Shown: positions 48,451-58,630 of the stretch, in pieces
Layout of the letters: each line of letters opens with the position of its first letter
How positions within the stretch are numbered: the stretch's first letter is position 1
From: Desulfomonilia bacterium
GTDB taxonomy: Bacteria > Desulfobacterota > Desulfomonilia > UBA1062
DNA length: 64,000 nt
Assembly (NCBI GenBank): GCA_050014195.1
Contig: JBEKDT010000001.1
Coordinates: 1-64,000, forward strand
Direction: 5' to 3'
Made by a program: the position numbers and the translations under genes
The notes under the pieces: generated by a model
The model's database searches: none
The model's input: the letters and a program-made list of their open reading frames with translations, nothing else
What the model was told of the DNA's origin: nothing

Positions 48451-49407
48451 TTATCTGGCGGAGCCGAGCAGCATAATGAATGCCCTGAACAGATCGGGAT
48501 CAAAATCATGCGCCATCTCAACTTGCATGATCTTGAGGGCCTCAAACGGACTCTTGGGCGCTTTGAAAGGCCTCCCTGCAGTCAATGACTCAAAGGTGTC
48601 TGCAATGGCGCATATCTTTGCATAGACAGGGATCTCACTGCCTGATTTTCCAAAGGGGTATCCATTCCCATTGCATCTCTCGTGGTGATACAGAATAATC
48701 GCGGTCGACTCATCACTGTGATAGTTGGCCTTCTTGAGCCTGTCCTGTCCCCAGAGGGGGTGTTTCCTTATGGTTTCCCATTCGCTGTCGGATAAAGGTT
48801 CTTCTTTATCCAGGATAGTGCTCGGGACCTTGGTCATCCCGATGTCATGGAGAAAAAATGCCATGCTCAGTTCATCGATATTGTGATCATCGATCTTATC
48901 CTGAAAAAGGTTGATCGTCATGGCAGTGCCATAGACCCCCACCTTTACCGAATGCTTAATGGTGTAGTGGTCGCTGCTGGTGATTTTTATAAAATCCTCC
49001 ATAACCCTGCCGTCTGAGAGAATCATCTTTACGATTTTTTTGGATATCTTTTTCAGCTCTGACAATGTCTTCAAGTTTGTTCCCTGAAATACCTCCCGGA
49101 TGGATTTCATGGACGCTGAATATGCAATATCCGCCTTTGCCTGCGGGCTCACCTCGGGATCGGTCAGTATATCCATAAGGTAGGCATCCAGACGCTCCTG
49201 TGCATCGGTGGAATCCTGCGCGATGAAAAAGAGCTTCAGCTTCTCCTTTTTGAACTGATGGAATTGTTCCTCGGGTAAAAGCGCCCCCTTGGCTGCAAAC
49301 AAGCGATAGTCACCCCTGATCTTGGTATAAAGATCCATAGTACATTTCTGATCTATGAAGGCTATCTGAAGGGGAATCTCTTTATAAATCAATGCATGTC
49401 TCCTCAA
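48451..49407 (-). CDS. HD-GYP domain phosphodiesterase
   Basis: HS, LHDIG, HHER.NG.GYP, AD.F. Confidence 0.9.
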   Translation of the reverse strand: MRRHALIYKEIPLQIAFIDQKCTMDLYTKIRGDYRLFAAKGALLPEEQFHQFKKEKLKLFFIAQDSTDAQERLDAYLMDILTDPEVSPQAKADIAYSASMKSIREVFQGTNLKTLSELKKISKKIVKMILSDGRVMEDFIKITSSDHYTIKHSVKVGVYGTAMTINLFQDKIDDHNIDELSMAFFLHDIGMTKVPSTILDKEEPLSDSEWETIRKHPLWGQDRLKKANYHSDESTAIILYHHERCNGNGYPFGKSGSEIPVYAKICAIADTFESLTAGRPFKAPKSPFEALKIMQVEMAHDFDPDLFRAFIMLLGSAR

Positions 49408-49670
49408 TAACGATCTCTAGGATTTTTACGGAGTTTTGGATCACTCAACAACGGCATATAACTCTTTATCGTCAAAGAGATGATTAGTATTAATACATTG
49501 ATGAGAAAAGAACAGGCAAATCTAAGGCATTTCCAAGAACACCCTCCTTTCTGCTGTCATAAGGCGAATACTCAACCAGGTCTTCCCTATCAGGGGCAGG
49601 CGTTTAATATATATGGTTCATTACCGTAAGGCATACTCGGATCATTGAGGAGCACACAGAGGGATATCTA

Positions 49671-49797
49671 ACCACGAAGAGCACTTTAGGACACGAAAAA
49701 AAATCCTCTTGAAATCACTGACCGGGGGAAAGGAATCCAAGAATGTTCGTTTACGCATTTCTTAGGTCTTTTTCGTGCTCTTCGTGTCCTTCGTGGT
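49671..49797. repeat. REPIN-like inverted repeat, same family as 46469
   Basis: ACCACGAAGAGCAC...GACACGAAAA ... TTTCGTGCTCTTCGTGTCCTTCGTGGT. Confidence 0.8.
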
Positions 49798-49868
49798 GAG
49801 AACAGAGAGATATACTATCTAAGGGGATATCCTTGGATAGCATCATTCATACTATTGGAGGTGAAGGA

Positions 49869-50348
49869 ATGGACAGACGGACGTTTCTGAAAACTGCAGC
49901 AGCCGGTTCCGCGGCGGTTATGTTTGCCCGCACTGCTGCAGCTGCCGATCGTTATTTCCCTACGCAGGTGAACCAGTCACTCTTCGAAGGTGTCAACCGG
50001 GTAAAGGACCCTGCCATGGAAACAGGGCTTGAAAAAAGCCATGCCCCTGTGCTTAAGGCCCCGGCATCGGTCAAGGCCGGCGAGCCGTTTATGGTTGAAG
50101 TGTCTGTCGGCGAAACACTCCACCCCATGGGGCCTAGCCATTGGATTGAATTCATCGAACTCAGAATCGGTAATGAACCGGCCGGAAAGGCCGATCTCCA
50201 AGCAAACGGATACCTGAAGCCCAGAGTCGCCTTTACCGTGGTGATCCCCAAGGAAGCTGCCCAGGCAGGGAAGATGACCCTGGTGGCCAGACAACAGTGC
50301 AATCTCCACGGCCTGTGGGAGAGGAGTCTCGATATCGCAGTGAGTTAA
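49869..50348 (+). CDS. 1Fe superoxide reductase (neelaredoxin/class II SORL) with a Tat signal
   Basis: MDRRTFLK signal; EKSH, HPM, HWI, CNLHG ligands. Confidence 0.9.
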   Translation: MDRRTFLKTAAAGSAAVMFARTAAAADRYFPTQVNQSLFEGVNRVKDPAMETGLEKSHAPVLKAPASVKAGEPFMVEVSVGETLHPMGPSHWIEFIELRIGNEPAGKADLQANGYLKPRVAFTVVIPKEAAQAGKMTLVARQQCNLHGLWERSLDIAVS

Positions 50349-50471
50349 GCCGGACAGGCTCTGCTCCTGCCCTCAATCACACAACGGCCTTGAGGTTTAT
50401 TATGAAAAACGCCTTCGTCTTGCTGGGCAAGGAACGCTTATTCTCCAAGAGCGCTAGTGGAAGCAAACGCC

Positions 50472-51359
50472 TTACTTGTTGATCTGCTTGAAGAGTAGTG
50501 CGGAAAAGGTTTGTGCAAACTTGTGCACATCACCCGGCCATCGTGCCGATATGTAGGATCCATCCTGCACCACCCAGGAAGGTCGATCGTCAGAGGCTGT
50601 ATCACGGAACAGGCCGCTGGTCTTGCGGAAGTAAAAGGGGTCGTGTCTCGGAACATCCAGGAAGTCTTCGGGTTTCTCAAGGATGCGCGTCACCTCCGCC
50701 TGTACACTCCGGTAACCCTGCGGTTCTCCGGGTTCTTCAACATATGTACGGTAATAATCGGCATCCCAGATCCGACCGGCAAAACGCATCATCGACCATG
50801 CAGCCTTTTCCAACTGCCACGTCAGTGCCGTGGTCTTTCGGCCATAAAGAACCGATCTGCCGGTCTTTGGTGAAACGCTCCGTGCAGCAACCACAACACC
50901 ATGGCAAATAGCCCCTACGGGTTTTCCACTGTCAAAGAATGCACCAACGAAAGACTGTAGGGTGCGGTCTTCCAGATAGCGCCGCATGCCCCGGGCATAG
51001 TGCCCTCCCGGCAAAATAAGTCCATCGAAATTCCCGGCAGAAAGTTCCTGATACAACAACGGTTTCAAAAAGGCCGGATCGGATTCCATCGTTTGGTAGG
51101 CGTGACGTGCTTCGGTATTCGCACGCAGCAGGAGACCAAGCATCTTGATTTTCTTCAGTCCCGGGATGAAACCCCAAATGTCGAGCCCTTCGCCTGTCAG
51201 CATGCGAGGATCTCCGTAGGCCCTTGTTCCATCAGGCGTGGCAAATTTCACGCTATGGCCGGCCTCTTTAAGTATCCGCCAGCTCAAGGCTGCTTCCGAT
51301 GGATCAAAGTCTTGATTGGGGAGCGGAATCACGATGGTGGCACTACGGTGATCTTGCAT
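50472..51359 (-). CDS. DJ-1/PfpI family protein
   Basis: DFDPSE, LPGGH, AICHG, SARWPGD. Confidence 0.88.
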   Translation of the reverse strand: MQDHRSATIVIPLPNQDFDPSEAALSWRILKEAGHSVKFATPDGTRAYGDPRMLTGEGLDIWGFIPGLKKIKMLGLLLRANTEARHAYQTMESDPAFLKPLLYQELSAGNFDGLILPGGHYARGMRRYLEDRTLQSFVGAFFDSGKPVGAICHGVVVAARSVSPKTGRSVLYGRKTTALTWQLEKAAWSMMRFAGRIWDADYYRTYVEEPGEPQGYRSVQAEVTRILEKPEDFLDVPRHDPFYFRKTSGLFRDTASDDRPSWVVQDGSYISARWPGDVHKFAQTFSALLFKQINK

Positions 51360-51485
51360 GATCAAGTCTCCTAGAGAGGGGTTTGCATGATTCTTAAAAA
51401 ACACCCAATTAAAATAAATCCCGGCTGGATATTGTCAAGTTATGCGGCACCTAAAGAAAAAGGGGAGAGATTTATTTATTATGCA

Positions 51486-52112
51486 TCACATCAATGGTAC
51501 TACGGCAAAGATACATGCGCTCCAGAGAGAATGGCATATAATGAGGGTATCCAGGCGCTTCAGCTTCATGTAGAGAAGCCCCCAGAAGGCACCTGCAACA
51601 GCTGCAGCCCCGATAAGCATGAAGTTGAAGGACCAGATATGCACACCGGTATAGATCATGGTGGCCAGCAGCCAACCCGTGAATTCGCCGTAACGGCTCA
51701 TCAGGTTCCGCTGCAGGAAGCCCCGCCAGTAGATTTCTTCACACGGCCCTGTGACGAGCAGCAGGAGGAAAAAGATGGTCAGCGTTGAAAACCCTGTCCC
51801 CTTGCCGTAAATAGCGCCGATCTGGTGCGAGGCAAAAGGGAAAATGCATGACGATACCACCTTCCCGACCCAGAATACGAGATAGAGGACAACGGCAGCA
51901 ATAACCCCCTGGAAAATGGCGGTCCTGTCGAAAGACAGCCTGTTATCCCTTATGGTGTGCGCCCATACGGACAATGCTGCAAGCGTGGCTGCGGAAAAGG
52001 CAATCTTGATCCAGAAATTGAGCCATGTAAGGTAAAAGGTAACGAACCACAGCACGAAGGCCAGTATGACCATCGGCCATACAAGCCTCGGCCGGAACCC
52101 TTTTTGATTCAC
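51486..52112 (-). CDS. CPBP (CAAX/Abi) intramembrane metalloprotease
   Basis: EEIYWRG, Y...H, HSLW; GTG start overlaps the menA stop. Confidence 0.85.
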   Translation of the reverse strand: MNQKGFRPRLVWPMVILAFVLWFVTFYLTWLNFWIKIAFSAATLAALSVWAHTIRDNRLSFDRTAIFQGVIAAVVLYLVFWVGKVVSSCIFPFASHQIGAIYGKGTGFSTLTIFFLLLLVTGPCEEIYWRGFLQRNLMSRYGEFTGWLLATMIYTGVHIWSFNFMLIGAAAVAGAFWGLLYMKLKRLDTLIICHSLWSACIFAVVPLM

Positions 52113-52999
52113 CCCATGAACCCCTGGATGACCAGCGCCGCTACAAGGAGAACCCCAAAGGCCGTGTCGAGTTTGGCAGTCTGGGCATCGGCATCTGCAG
52201 GGATACTCGTCTCCATCTGCCTCAGAAGCTTTATGGCCAGCGGCAGGGAGAGGAATACCAGGAGCCCCCACGGGGTGAGCACACCGGATAAGGTGATGAT
52301 GAGCGTGCTTATGTAGGCAAGGACCATGATCACCAGGTAGGCATGTATCCCGGCACGGGGGCCTAAGAATATGGCAATGGTCTTGATATGGCGGCTGCTG
52401 TCATGCTCTATGTCCCGGATGTTGTTTGCAAAGATCACCAATGCGACCAGTACGCCGAAGGGGATGGATATCAGCAGTGCATTCAGGCTTAAGATATGCC
52501 TTTGAACATAGTAGGCGCCTTCGACCATGAGAGGCCCCCACATGAGAAATACCGAGACCTCGCCCAATGCGATATATTTATATTTCACCGGCGGGGCGGT
52601 ATAACCTATTCCGGCCAGGACCCCGATCAGACCGAAGCATAATACCACCCAGCCGCTGACAAAAGCGAGATAGAGCCCGATGGCTGAGGCAAGACCAAAA
52701 AGGCCATAAGCCGCAAGGCGCACCTGCCAAGCAGGCAATAGACCATGGACGATCGGGTGAGGCCGGTACTGGGCCGTTGCCGCTGCTTCGGTATCCAGGC
52801 CATGCCTCACATCGTAATAATCGTTCAAGAGGTTCGTACCCGCATGCATGAATACGACACCTGTTACCGTAAGAAGGTAGAGTAACCAGGAAAAGCGACC
52901 TTCGATGGCACCTAATGCACTGCCCACACTCACTGATATCACTGTCATGGAAAATGACCAGGGGCGCGTAGCAATAAACCAATTCTGCACAAGCTTCAT
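52109..52999 (-). CDS. menA: 1,4-dihydroxy-2-naphthoate prenyltransferase (MenA/UbiA family)
   Basis: ATRPWS, NDYYD, YT.PP, LGE, NNIRD...D. Confidence 0.85.
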   Translation of the reverse strand: MKLVQNWFIATRPWSFSMTVISVSVGSALGAIEGRFSWLLYLLTVTGVVFMHAGTNLLNDYYDVRHGLDTEAAATAQYRPHPIVHGLLPAWQVRLAAYGLFGLASAIGLYLAFVSGWVVLCFGLIGVLAGIGYTAPPVKYKYIALGEVSVFLMWGPLMVEGAYYVQRHILSLNALLISIPFGVLVALVIFANNIRDIEHDSSRHIKTIAIFLGPRAGIHAYLVIMVLAYISTLIITLSGVLTPWGLLVFLSLPLAIKLLRQMETSIPADADAQTAKLDTAFGVLLVAALVIQGFMG

Positions 53000-53199
53000 G
53001 GATACCATCCTCTTACGTTGAATTTCAGGGTTAGAGTCCACATTGGAACTCAATACAGATAATGGAAGGCATGCATACTGTCAAGAAGCCTGTATCTCAT
53101 ATCCCAAGTGACTTGAATTTATGCACAATACTGTGCATAGGGATATCTTGAGAGATGGGTGGTGGCGATTTCGTATCTGATGATCGTAAAGGAGGTGTT

Positions 53200-53646
53200 A
53201 TGGACCCTGAGGAACTCAAGACGGCCATTACCGATACCATTGCATGGGTGAAGATGAGCAGGCTCAGGGTGGAGACCTTTGAGGAAGGCCATGTGAAGCT
53301 CTTCGTACCGGCCACGATCCACATGAACCATGTCGGTATCGTCTATGCAGGCACACACTTCATGCTTATGGAGGTATCCGGTGCAGCCCTGTTTCTTGCT
53401 ACCTACGGCATAAAGCAATTCTTACCTATAAACAAGGGAATGAACATCCGCTTTCTGAAGCCCGCTACGACCGACATCTCCTGCGAGCTCAGGATGGATA
53501 AGGATCAGGCTGAAGAAAAGCTCAAGCCCATAAAGGAGAGGGGCAAGGGGGAATGGGTGCTCGATATGACCGTCACCGATGCTCACAGTACCATTGTCTC
53601 CACTTCGACCTGCACATACTATCTTATTCCATCCCCCATGGCATAA
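53200..53646 (+). CDS. Hotdog-fold thioesterase (PaaI/YiiD-like)
   Basis: NHVGIVYAG..F.L.E, IRFLKPA. Confidence 0.82.
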   Translation: MDPEELKTAITDTIAWVKMSRLRVETFEEGHVKLFVPATIHMNHVGIVYAGTHFMLMEVSGAALFLATYGIKQFLPINKGMNIRFLKPATTDISCELRMDKDQAEEKLKPIKERGKGEWVLDMTVTDAHSTIVSTSTCTYYLIPSPMA

Positions 53647-53759
53647 CCCGCATGCCCTGATTCCTGCGGATGGAACGCAGGCGGTCTTGGAATCACGAGA
53701 GCCGCAAGAGAGCGCCCCCCATCAGGTTCGCCCTCTTCGGCTTTATTCAGACATTTACT

Positions 53760-54188
53760 TTAGTGGACTCGTAATTGTTTTGCATAGTCGACCATGCCCT
53801 GGAAGTCCACGACCACGACAGGTTCATCACCGACTACCCAGGCATCATGACCTACCGGCAGCAGGGACACGTCTCCTGCCTTGCATTCTAATTCTGTCCC
53901 GTCATCCATGACGATCCTGATGGTCCCGGAGACATGATACTGAAAATGTGGTGCTTCACAGCTCTTGGTTTTCGCCAATGGCTGCACGGAGGTAGACCAC
54001 CGCCATCCCGGTTCGAAGATGGCCCGTCCGATGGTGGCACCGCCTATTTTTATCAATTCGAGTCTCCCTTTGGGGAACGTCCTCACCTCATCCGGTTTGT
54101 CAAAGCTTTTCGCTTCCGCCTTTTCCAAAACCTTGCCTCTTGACCTCCCGATCGTCCTTTCCTTTATCCGCTCTATTGTCTTATTCAT
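53760..54188 (-). CDS. Cupin domain protein
   Basis: PGWRWS, CEAPH, PVGHDAWVVG. Confidence 0.85.
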   Translation of the reverse strand: MNKTIERIKERTIGRSRGKVLEKAEAKSFDKPDEVRTFPKGRLELIKIGGATIGRAIFEPGWRWSTSVQPLAKTKSCEAPHFQYHVSGTIRIVMDDGTELECKAGDVSLLPVGHDAWVVGDEPVVVVDFQGMVDYAKQLRVH

Positions 54189-54342
54189 AATCTTCTCCCT
54201 CCTTGAGGATGGTTTCTCTCCTTCCTGCATCAAGAAACCCTGTCATCTCTATGTTTTCAGATGCTCAAAGAAATTTTAGGATGCAGATATGCAATTTTAT
54301 GGGTAACAAGCTAATATCATGGATATATACTTTTTACCCGGG

Positions 54343-54783
54343 CTAAAGCACGGTTATCTCGCCGGTGTCCCCATTGACTTCGACTTGAGCGCCGGTCTTT
54401 ATTTTATCGAAGATATCCTCATTCGGGTACTCGACGATGGGTATTCCTTTATCGAACCAGACGTCTGCAAGTATGGAGCCTGCCGCCAGCAGCGGATCTG
54501 CGTTCTGAACGATGATCGCAGCAGGCGCCGTGCCTCTGTACATCAGCTCGAGCAGCACCATCCCGGTGTAAGTGGAGCCTATGGTCGCAGGGTATATGAA
54601 GACCGTTTTCCTGATGTTCTTGTTGAACAGGTCGTGGTTGCTGTCCTGCACGAGCGACCTCCAGGCCGGGATGAGATTCTTCGGCTTGGTGAACGAGGCG
54701 GTGAAATTCATGGGCATCTTCGTAACCAGGGCAGGCCCCGAAGCCCTGCCTTTTATCACCGGATTTCCCTTAAGAACCGTCAT
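54343..54783 (-). CDS. Aconitase X swivel subunit (DUF126)
   Basis: G.A.G.ALVT, GST, APAAII; start overlaps the upstream stop (ATGA). Confidence 0.85.
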   Translation of the reverse strand: MTVLKGNPVIKGRASGPALVTKMPMNFTASFTKPKNLIPAWRSLVQDSNHDLFNKNIRKTVFIYPATIGSTYTGMVLLELMYRGTAPAAIIVQNADPLLAAGSILADVWFDKGIPIVEYPNEDIFDKIKTGAQVEVNGDTGEITVL

Positions 54784-55940
54784 TGCATCACCCCGCATGC
54801 CTTCAGGCAGTCATCTTCAGTGCCGTATTCAGCGCCTTTAAGGTAATATAACAGCTTTCCGGAGGGAGTCAGGATGTGCTTCTTGCCCAGACGCAGGGAA
54901 AATGCCGCCAGCGGGCAATATTCAAAGATCGTGATCCCGGCGTCCAGCGTCTTTGAAAACTGATCGTGCTTTTTGAATTCGGTGAGCTCATCGGGAACCA
55001 TACAGAACCAAGTCGGGACCTTCACCTTTTTGCCAACGAATTTCTCTGCGACCGCGAGTGCCTCCGTGCAGGTCATCTGCGGGCATCCGAACACGACCAT
55101 ATCCGCAATTTGGGGTTTGCGCAGGCGCAGGGAATCCAGGTCCTCCTGGGTGACGGTGATGGTGACCTTGGGGGGTCCGTCGAAGACCGTTTTCATGTCG
55201 GGTGCCTCCGGGGTGAGTCCCTCGACATGGAACAGCGCCACACCGCCGGAGGCCGCCATGGAACCACCCATGTTCTTCAGCTCGATGCGGCTGAACGGGT
55301 AGTGCTCGATGACCGGGACCTTGTCCACGACCTTTTTCCCGAGGAGGTAGCCGAGTGCAGGGGCGTCCATTTTTCTGATGTTCAGCCTTACCAGCATCTG
55401 GCCGCGCCTGTGCTCATCAAGCAGATAGCCGAATTCAGGGGTGAAGCCGGTGAGAGAACAGCAGACGTCCATTAATATCGAATTCCGGTTGGTGCGTGCC
55501 CCCAGCACCGAATTGGCGAACTGCACGGCCGACGACTCCGCCCAGGCAAGGCGGTCTCCAAATGAGGGCACGTTGGCCTTCTCATAGCAGACGCATGAAT
55601 AATTGGGGGTGACGCCGATGGCGGAGAGAAGCCCCTCCAGAGCTTCCTGCTTGGTGAATACGATGTGACGGTTGATGAAATTAAGGTCATACCCCGGCCT
55701 GGGATTGACCGTGGTGGGCACCCTTACCCGTAATCCTTCCGATGCGATCCGGCGCAGGATGTGTATGTACGCCCCGTAGGGACCTATGCCGAACGTCCCT
55801 GCAAGGTGGCCTGACTTGATGGGCACGAGCCTTTTCGCCCCGAAGGCCTCTCCGTACTTGACGACGGTCTCCATGGCCTTGGCCATGATCGGACCGTTTC
55901 CACCTTTGAGCATGCCTTCCTGTTCGCCTTCGAGCTTCAT
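54780..55940 (-). CDS. Aconitase X catalytic subunit (DUF521)
   Basis: AWAESSAV.FANSVLGARTNR, LFHVEGLTPEA, GCPQ, SGK. Confidence 0.88.
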   Translation of the reverse strand: MKLEGEQEGMLKGGNGPIMAKAMETVVKYGEAFGAKRLVPIKSGHLAGTFGIGPYGAYIHILRRIASEGLRVRVPTTVNPRPGYDLNFINRHIVFTKQEALEGLLSAIGVTPNYSCVCYEKANVPSFGDRLAWAESSAVQFANSVLGARTNRNSILMDVCCSLTGFTPEFGYLLDEHRRGQMLVRLNIRKMDAPALGYLLGKKVVDKVPVIEHYPFSRIELKNMGGSMAASGGVALFHVEGLTPEAPDMKTVFDGPPKVTITVTQEDLDSLRLRKPQIADMVVFGCPQMTCTEALAVAEKFVGKKVKVPTWFCMVPDELTEFKKHDQFSKTLDAGITIFEYCPLAAFSLRLGKKHILTPSGKLLYYLKGAEYGTEDDCLKACGVMQ

Positions 55941-56143
55941 CGGCCCTCCATAACCATCAATAATTAGTTTCCGGCATTATGTCAATTCTAAGGGCATGTT
56001 GCTTCTCGCCTTAAGTCCAAGGGCATGGATGACGATGATCAAAGGAGGTGATGTCGTGAGGAAGATACATACTACCTTGCACCAGGACCAAACGGGTTGA
56101 CAAGTAAAGGGTCTGTTCTGTATCTTGCCCGGAAAGAGGATCG

Positions 56144-56728
56144 ATGAAAAGCCCTCACTCACATATCCTTAAGACAATGGGACATAAAATCCGCCGCCGC
56201 AGTTTCCTGAAGGCAGGGGCACTGGCACTGGGCGCATGTGCCTTCCCCCAGGCCCTTCTCGGCGCCTTCCAAGCGCCGCTGTCGCCCGAACGGTCACTCT
56301 CGTTTTATAACCTGCACACCGGCGAGTCCCTTAAGGCGGCATATTGGTGCAAGGGTGAATACCTTTCAGCTCCCCTGGCACAGATCAACCACATCCTGAG
56401 GGATTTCCGCACCGGAGAGATAAAGCCAATAGACACCTCTCTCCTTGATCTTCTCTCTACGATCCGCGAAAACCTGGGGTCGCAGGAAATGTTCCACATC
56501 ATCTCCGGCTATCGTTCTCCAGCCACGAACGCCCTCCTGCACGAGAACAACTGCGGAGTAGCCGGTCACAGCCTCCACATGCAGGCAAAAGCCGCAGATA
56601 TCCGCCTGCCCGGGTGCAGTCTTTCATCCCTGCATCAGATGGCGGTGTCGCTAAAAGGCGGTGGCGTGGGTTACTACCCCGGCTCAGACTTCGTACACGT
56701 GGATGTCGGGCGGGTACGATACTGGTAG
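56144..56728 (+). CDS. YcbK/MepK-family (DUF882) peptidase with a Tat signal
   Basis: RRRSFLK, SGYRSP.TN, SLHM..KAAD, GVGYYP, FVHVD. Confidence 0.92.
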   Translation: MKSPHSHILKTMGHKIRRRSFLKAGALALGACAFPQALLGAFQAPLSPERSLSFYNLHTGESLKAAYWCKGEYLSAPLAQINHILRDFRTGEIKPIDTSLLDLLSTIRENLGSQEMFHIISGYRSPATNALLHENNCGVAGHSLHMQAKAADIRLPGCSLSSLHQMAVSLKGGGVGYYPGSDFVHVDVGRVRYW

Positions 56729-56803
56729 ACTTCAGGACATACCGGCAACAAAGGATGCTTCAGATCGCCAGCCACTTTCCCTGTATTTAAGAGAGCGAAA
56801 AAC

Positions 56804-58459
56804 ATGTCACTAAGAATTCTTATTGCCCTGCTCCTGGTCTTCATGCTCATGCCGGCAGGCACAGGACGCGCCCAGCCCCCAGATGACGCCGTTGCCGGGA
56901 TAATACGGGAGAAGCTTGGGGGGGCACCGGTTGCAGGCGGGCTCAGCGTGGGCACCTGCCAGATCTCGTCTCTGAAGGTCATGCCCGAGCTCTATGAACG
57001 GCGCGGCTACCGCCCGATCTGGGTGAAGCCTCAAGCAATAGATGATCTCATTCATGTAATAGAAGAGACATACGAAGACGGCCTTGACCCGCAGGACTAT
57101 CATCTTGATGAGATCCGGCAGGCGATGATCGATGCCGGTAAATCCACTGATCCGTTGCTCGCCGCATCCCGTGACCTGCTCCTCACCGACGCCTTTATCC
57201 GGCTTGCCAACCATTCCAACTGCGGCAAGGAGGACCCTGTGTCGCATCACCCGCAGTGGAATCTCGACAGGAAGATAGATGATGCCGACCCTGTCTTGTT
57301 CATTGAGAAGGCCATCGAATCACCCTCCATTATGCAAACGATCGACAAATGGAAGATACGCCACCCGTCTTACTCCCGCCTGAAAACGGCACTTGCCGAG
57401 TATCGCGCTATAAAGGCTCGCGGCGGTTGGGAAACGGTGCCGTCAGGCCGGACACTGAGAAAAGGCATGATAGACCCGCGGGTTAAAACGCTGAGCAGTC
57501 GCCTGGCCGTAACCGGAGATCTGCAGGGGGAAGCGGCATATGACCCCATGACCTTCGATAGAGATCTCGAGCAGGCGCTCATCCACTTTCAGCACAGGCA
57601 TGGCTTGAAAGAGGATGGTGTAGCGGGGAAAGGGACCCTGGAGGCCTTGAATATCCCGGTGGAGTACCGCATCGACCAGATCCGTGTAAACCTCGAGCGC
57701 GCCAGGTGGGTGCTCCACGACCTCGGCGACACATTCGTCCTCGTCGACATAGCGGGTTTCCAGGTGTATTTCCAAAAAGACGACAAGATCATATGGTCCT
57801 GCAGGGCACAGGTGGGGCAGCCCTATCGGGACACGCCGGTGTTCAAGTCGAGCATTACATATGTTGAGCTCAATCCGCCATGGGTGGTACCGCCGACTAT
57901 CTTTGTAAAAGATATATTGCCGGCCGTCCGGAAGGACATGGGCTACCTCCAGAAAAAAAACATTATGGTCTTGGACGGCAAGGGCAGAGAGGTGAACCCG
58001 AAGACTATCAACTGGTCGCTGTACCCCGGCCGGCCGTTCCCTTACACGCTCAGACAGAACCCCGGGGAGGGGAGCGCCCTTGGCCGCCTCAAGATCTCCT
58101 TCCCTAATCGATATCTTGTGTACCTGCACGACACCCCGCATAAAGAACTGTTCGAAAAAGAGGACAGGACATTCAGCTCGGGATGCATCCGCCTGGAGAA
58201 ACCATTCGAGCTGGCGGAACTGCTGCTGAATGATCCGTCAAAGTGGAATCTTGATAATATCATGAAGGCTATTGAATCGGGAAAAACCCGGGATGTCCCC
58301 CTGTCCAAGCCTGTTGCCATACTGCTGCTGTACTGGACGGTGACGGTGGACGAAGGCGGCGTTATCTATTTCAAAAAAGACCCCTACCATGAGGACAACG
58401 CCGTACTTGAAGATCTGGGGCGTGATTCCGAGATCAAACCTTTCCGTCCTTTAAATTGA
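56804..58459 (+). CDS. YcbB/LdtD-like L,D-transpeptidase
   Basis: PG-binding FQ..HGL..DG..G, NPPW.VP, YLHDTP, SSGCIR. Confidence 0.93.
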   Translation: MSLRILIALLLVFMLMPAGTGRAQPPDDAVAGIIREKLGGAPVAGGLSVGTCQISSLKVMPELYERRGYRPIWVKPQAIDDLIHVIEETYEDGLDPQDYHLDEIRQAMIDAGKSTDPLLAASRDLLLTDAFIRLANHSNCGKEDPVSHHPQWNLDRKIDDADPVLFIEKAIESPSIMQTIDKWKIRHPSYSRLKTALAEYRAIKARGGWETVPSGRTLRKGMIDPRVKTLSSRLAVTGDLQGEAAYDPMTFDRDLEQALIHFQHRHGLKEDGVAGKGTLEALNIPVEYRIDQIRVNLERARWVLHDLGDTFVLVDIAGFQVYFQKDDKIIWSCRAQVGQPYRDTPVFKSSITYVELNPPWVVPPTIFVKDILPAVRKDMGYLQKKNIMVLDGKGREVNPKTINWSLYPGRPFPYTLRQNPGEGSALGRLKISFPNRYLVYLHDTPHKELFEKEDRTFSSGCIRLEKPFELAELLLNDPSKWNLDNIMKAIESGKTRDVPLSKPVAILLLYWTVTVDEGGVIYFKKDPYHEDNAVLEDLGRDSEIKPFRPLN

Positions 58460-58630
58460 AGATCGTTCTTTCACTCTTCGGAATACCTGTTGGAATAAGA
58501 TTCTGGGGCCGTGTCAGACCTATACCGCTATAGGTCTTTCCATGGAAAAAGGTTACAAGTTTTTATGATATCTTTTTACTGCGTCGCATCTTGAAATCGA
58601 AGGCAGTGACCTGACCCGTAGAGGCTCTCA

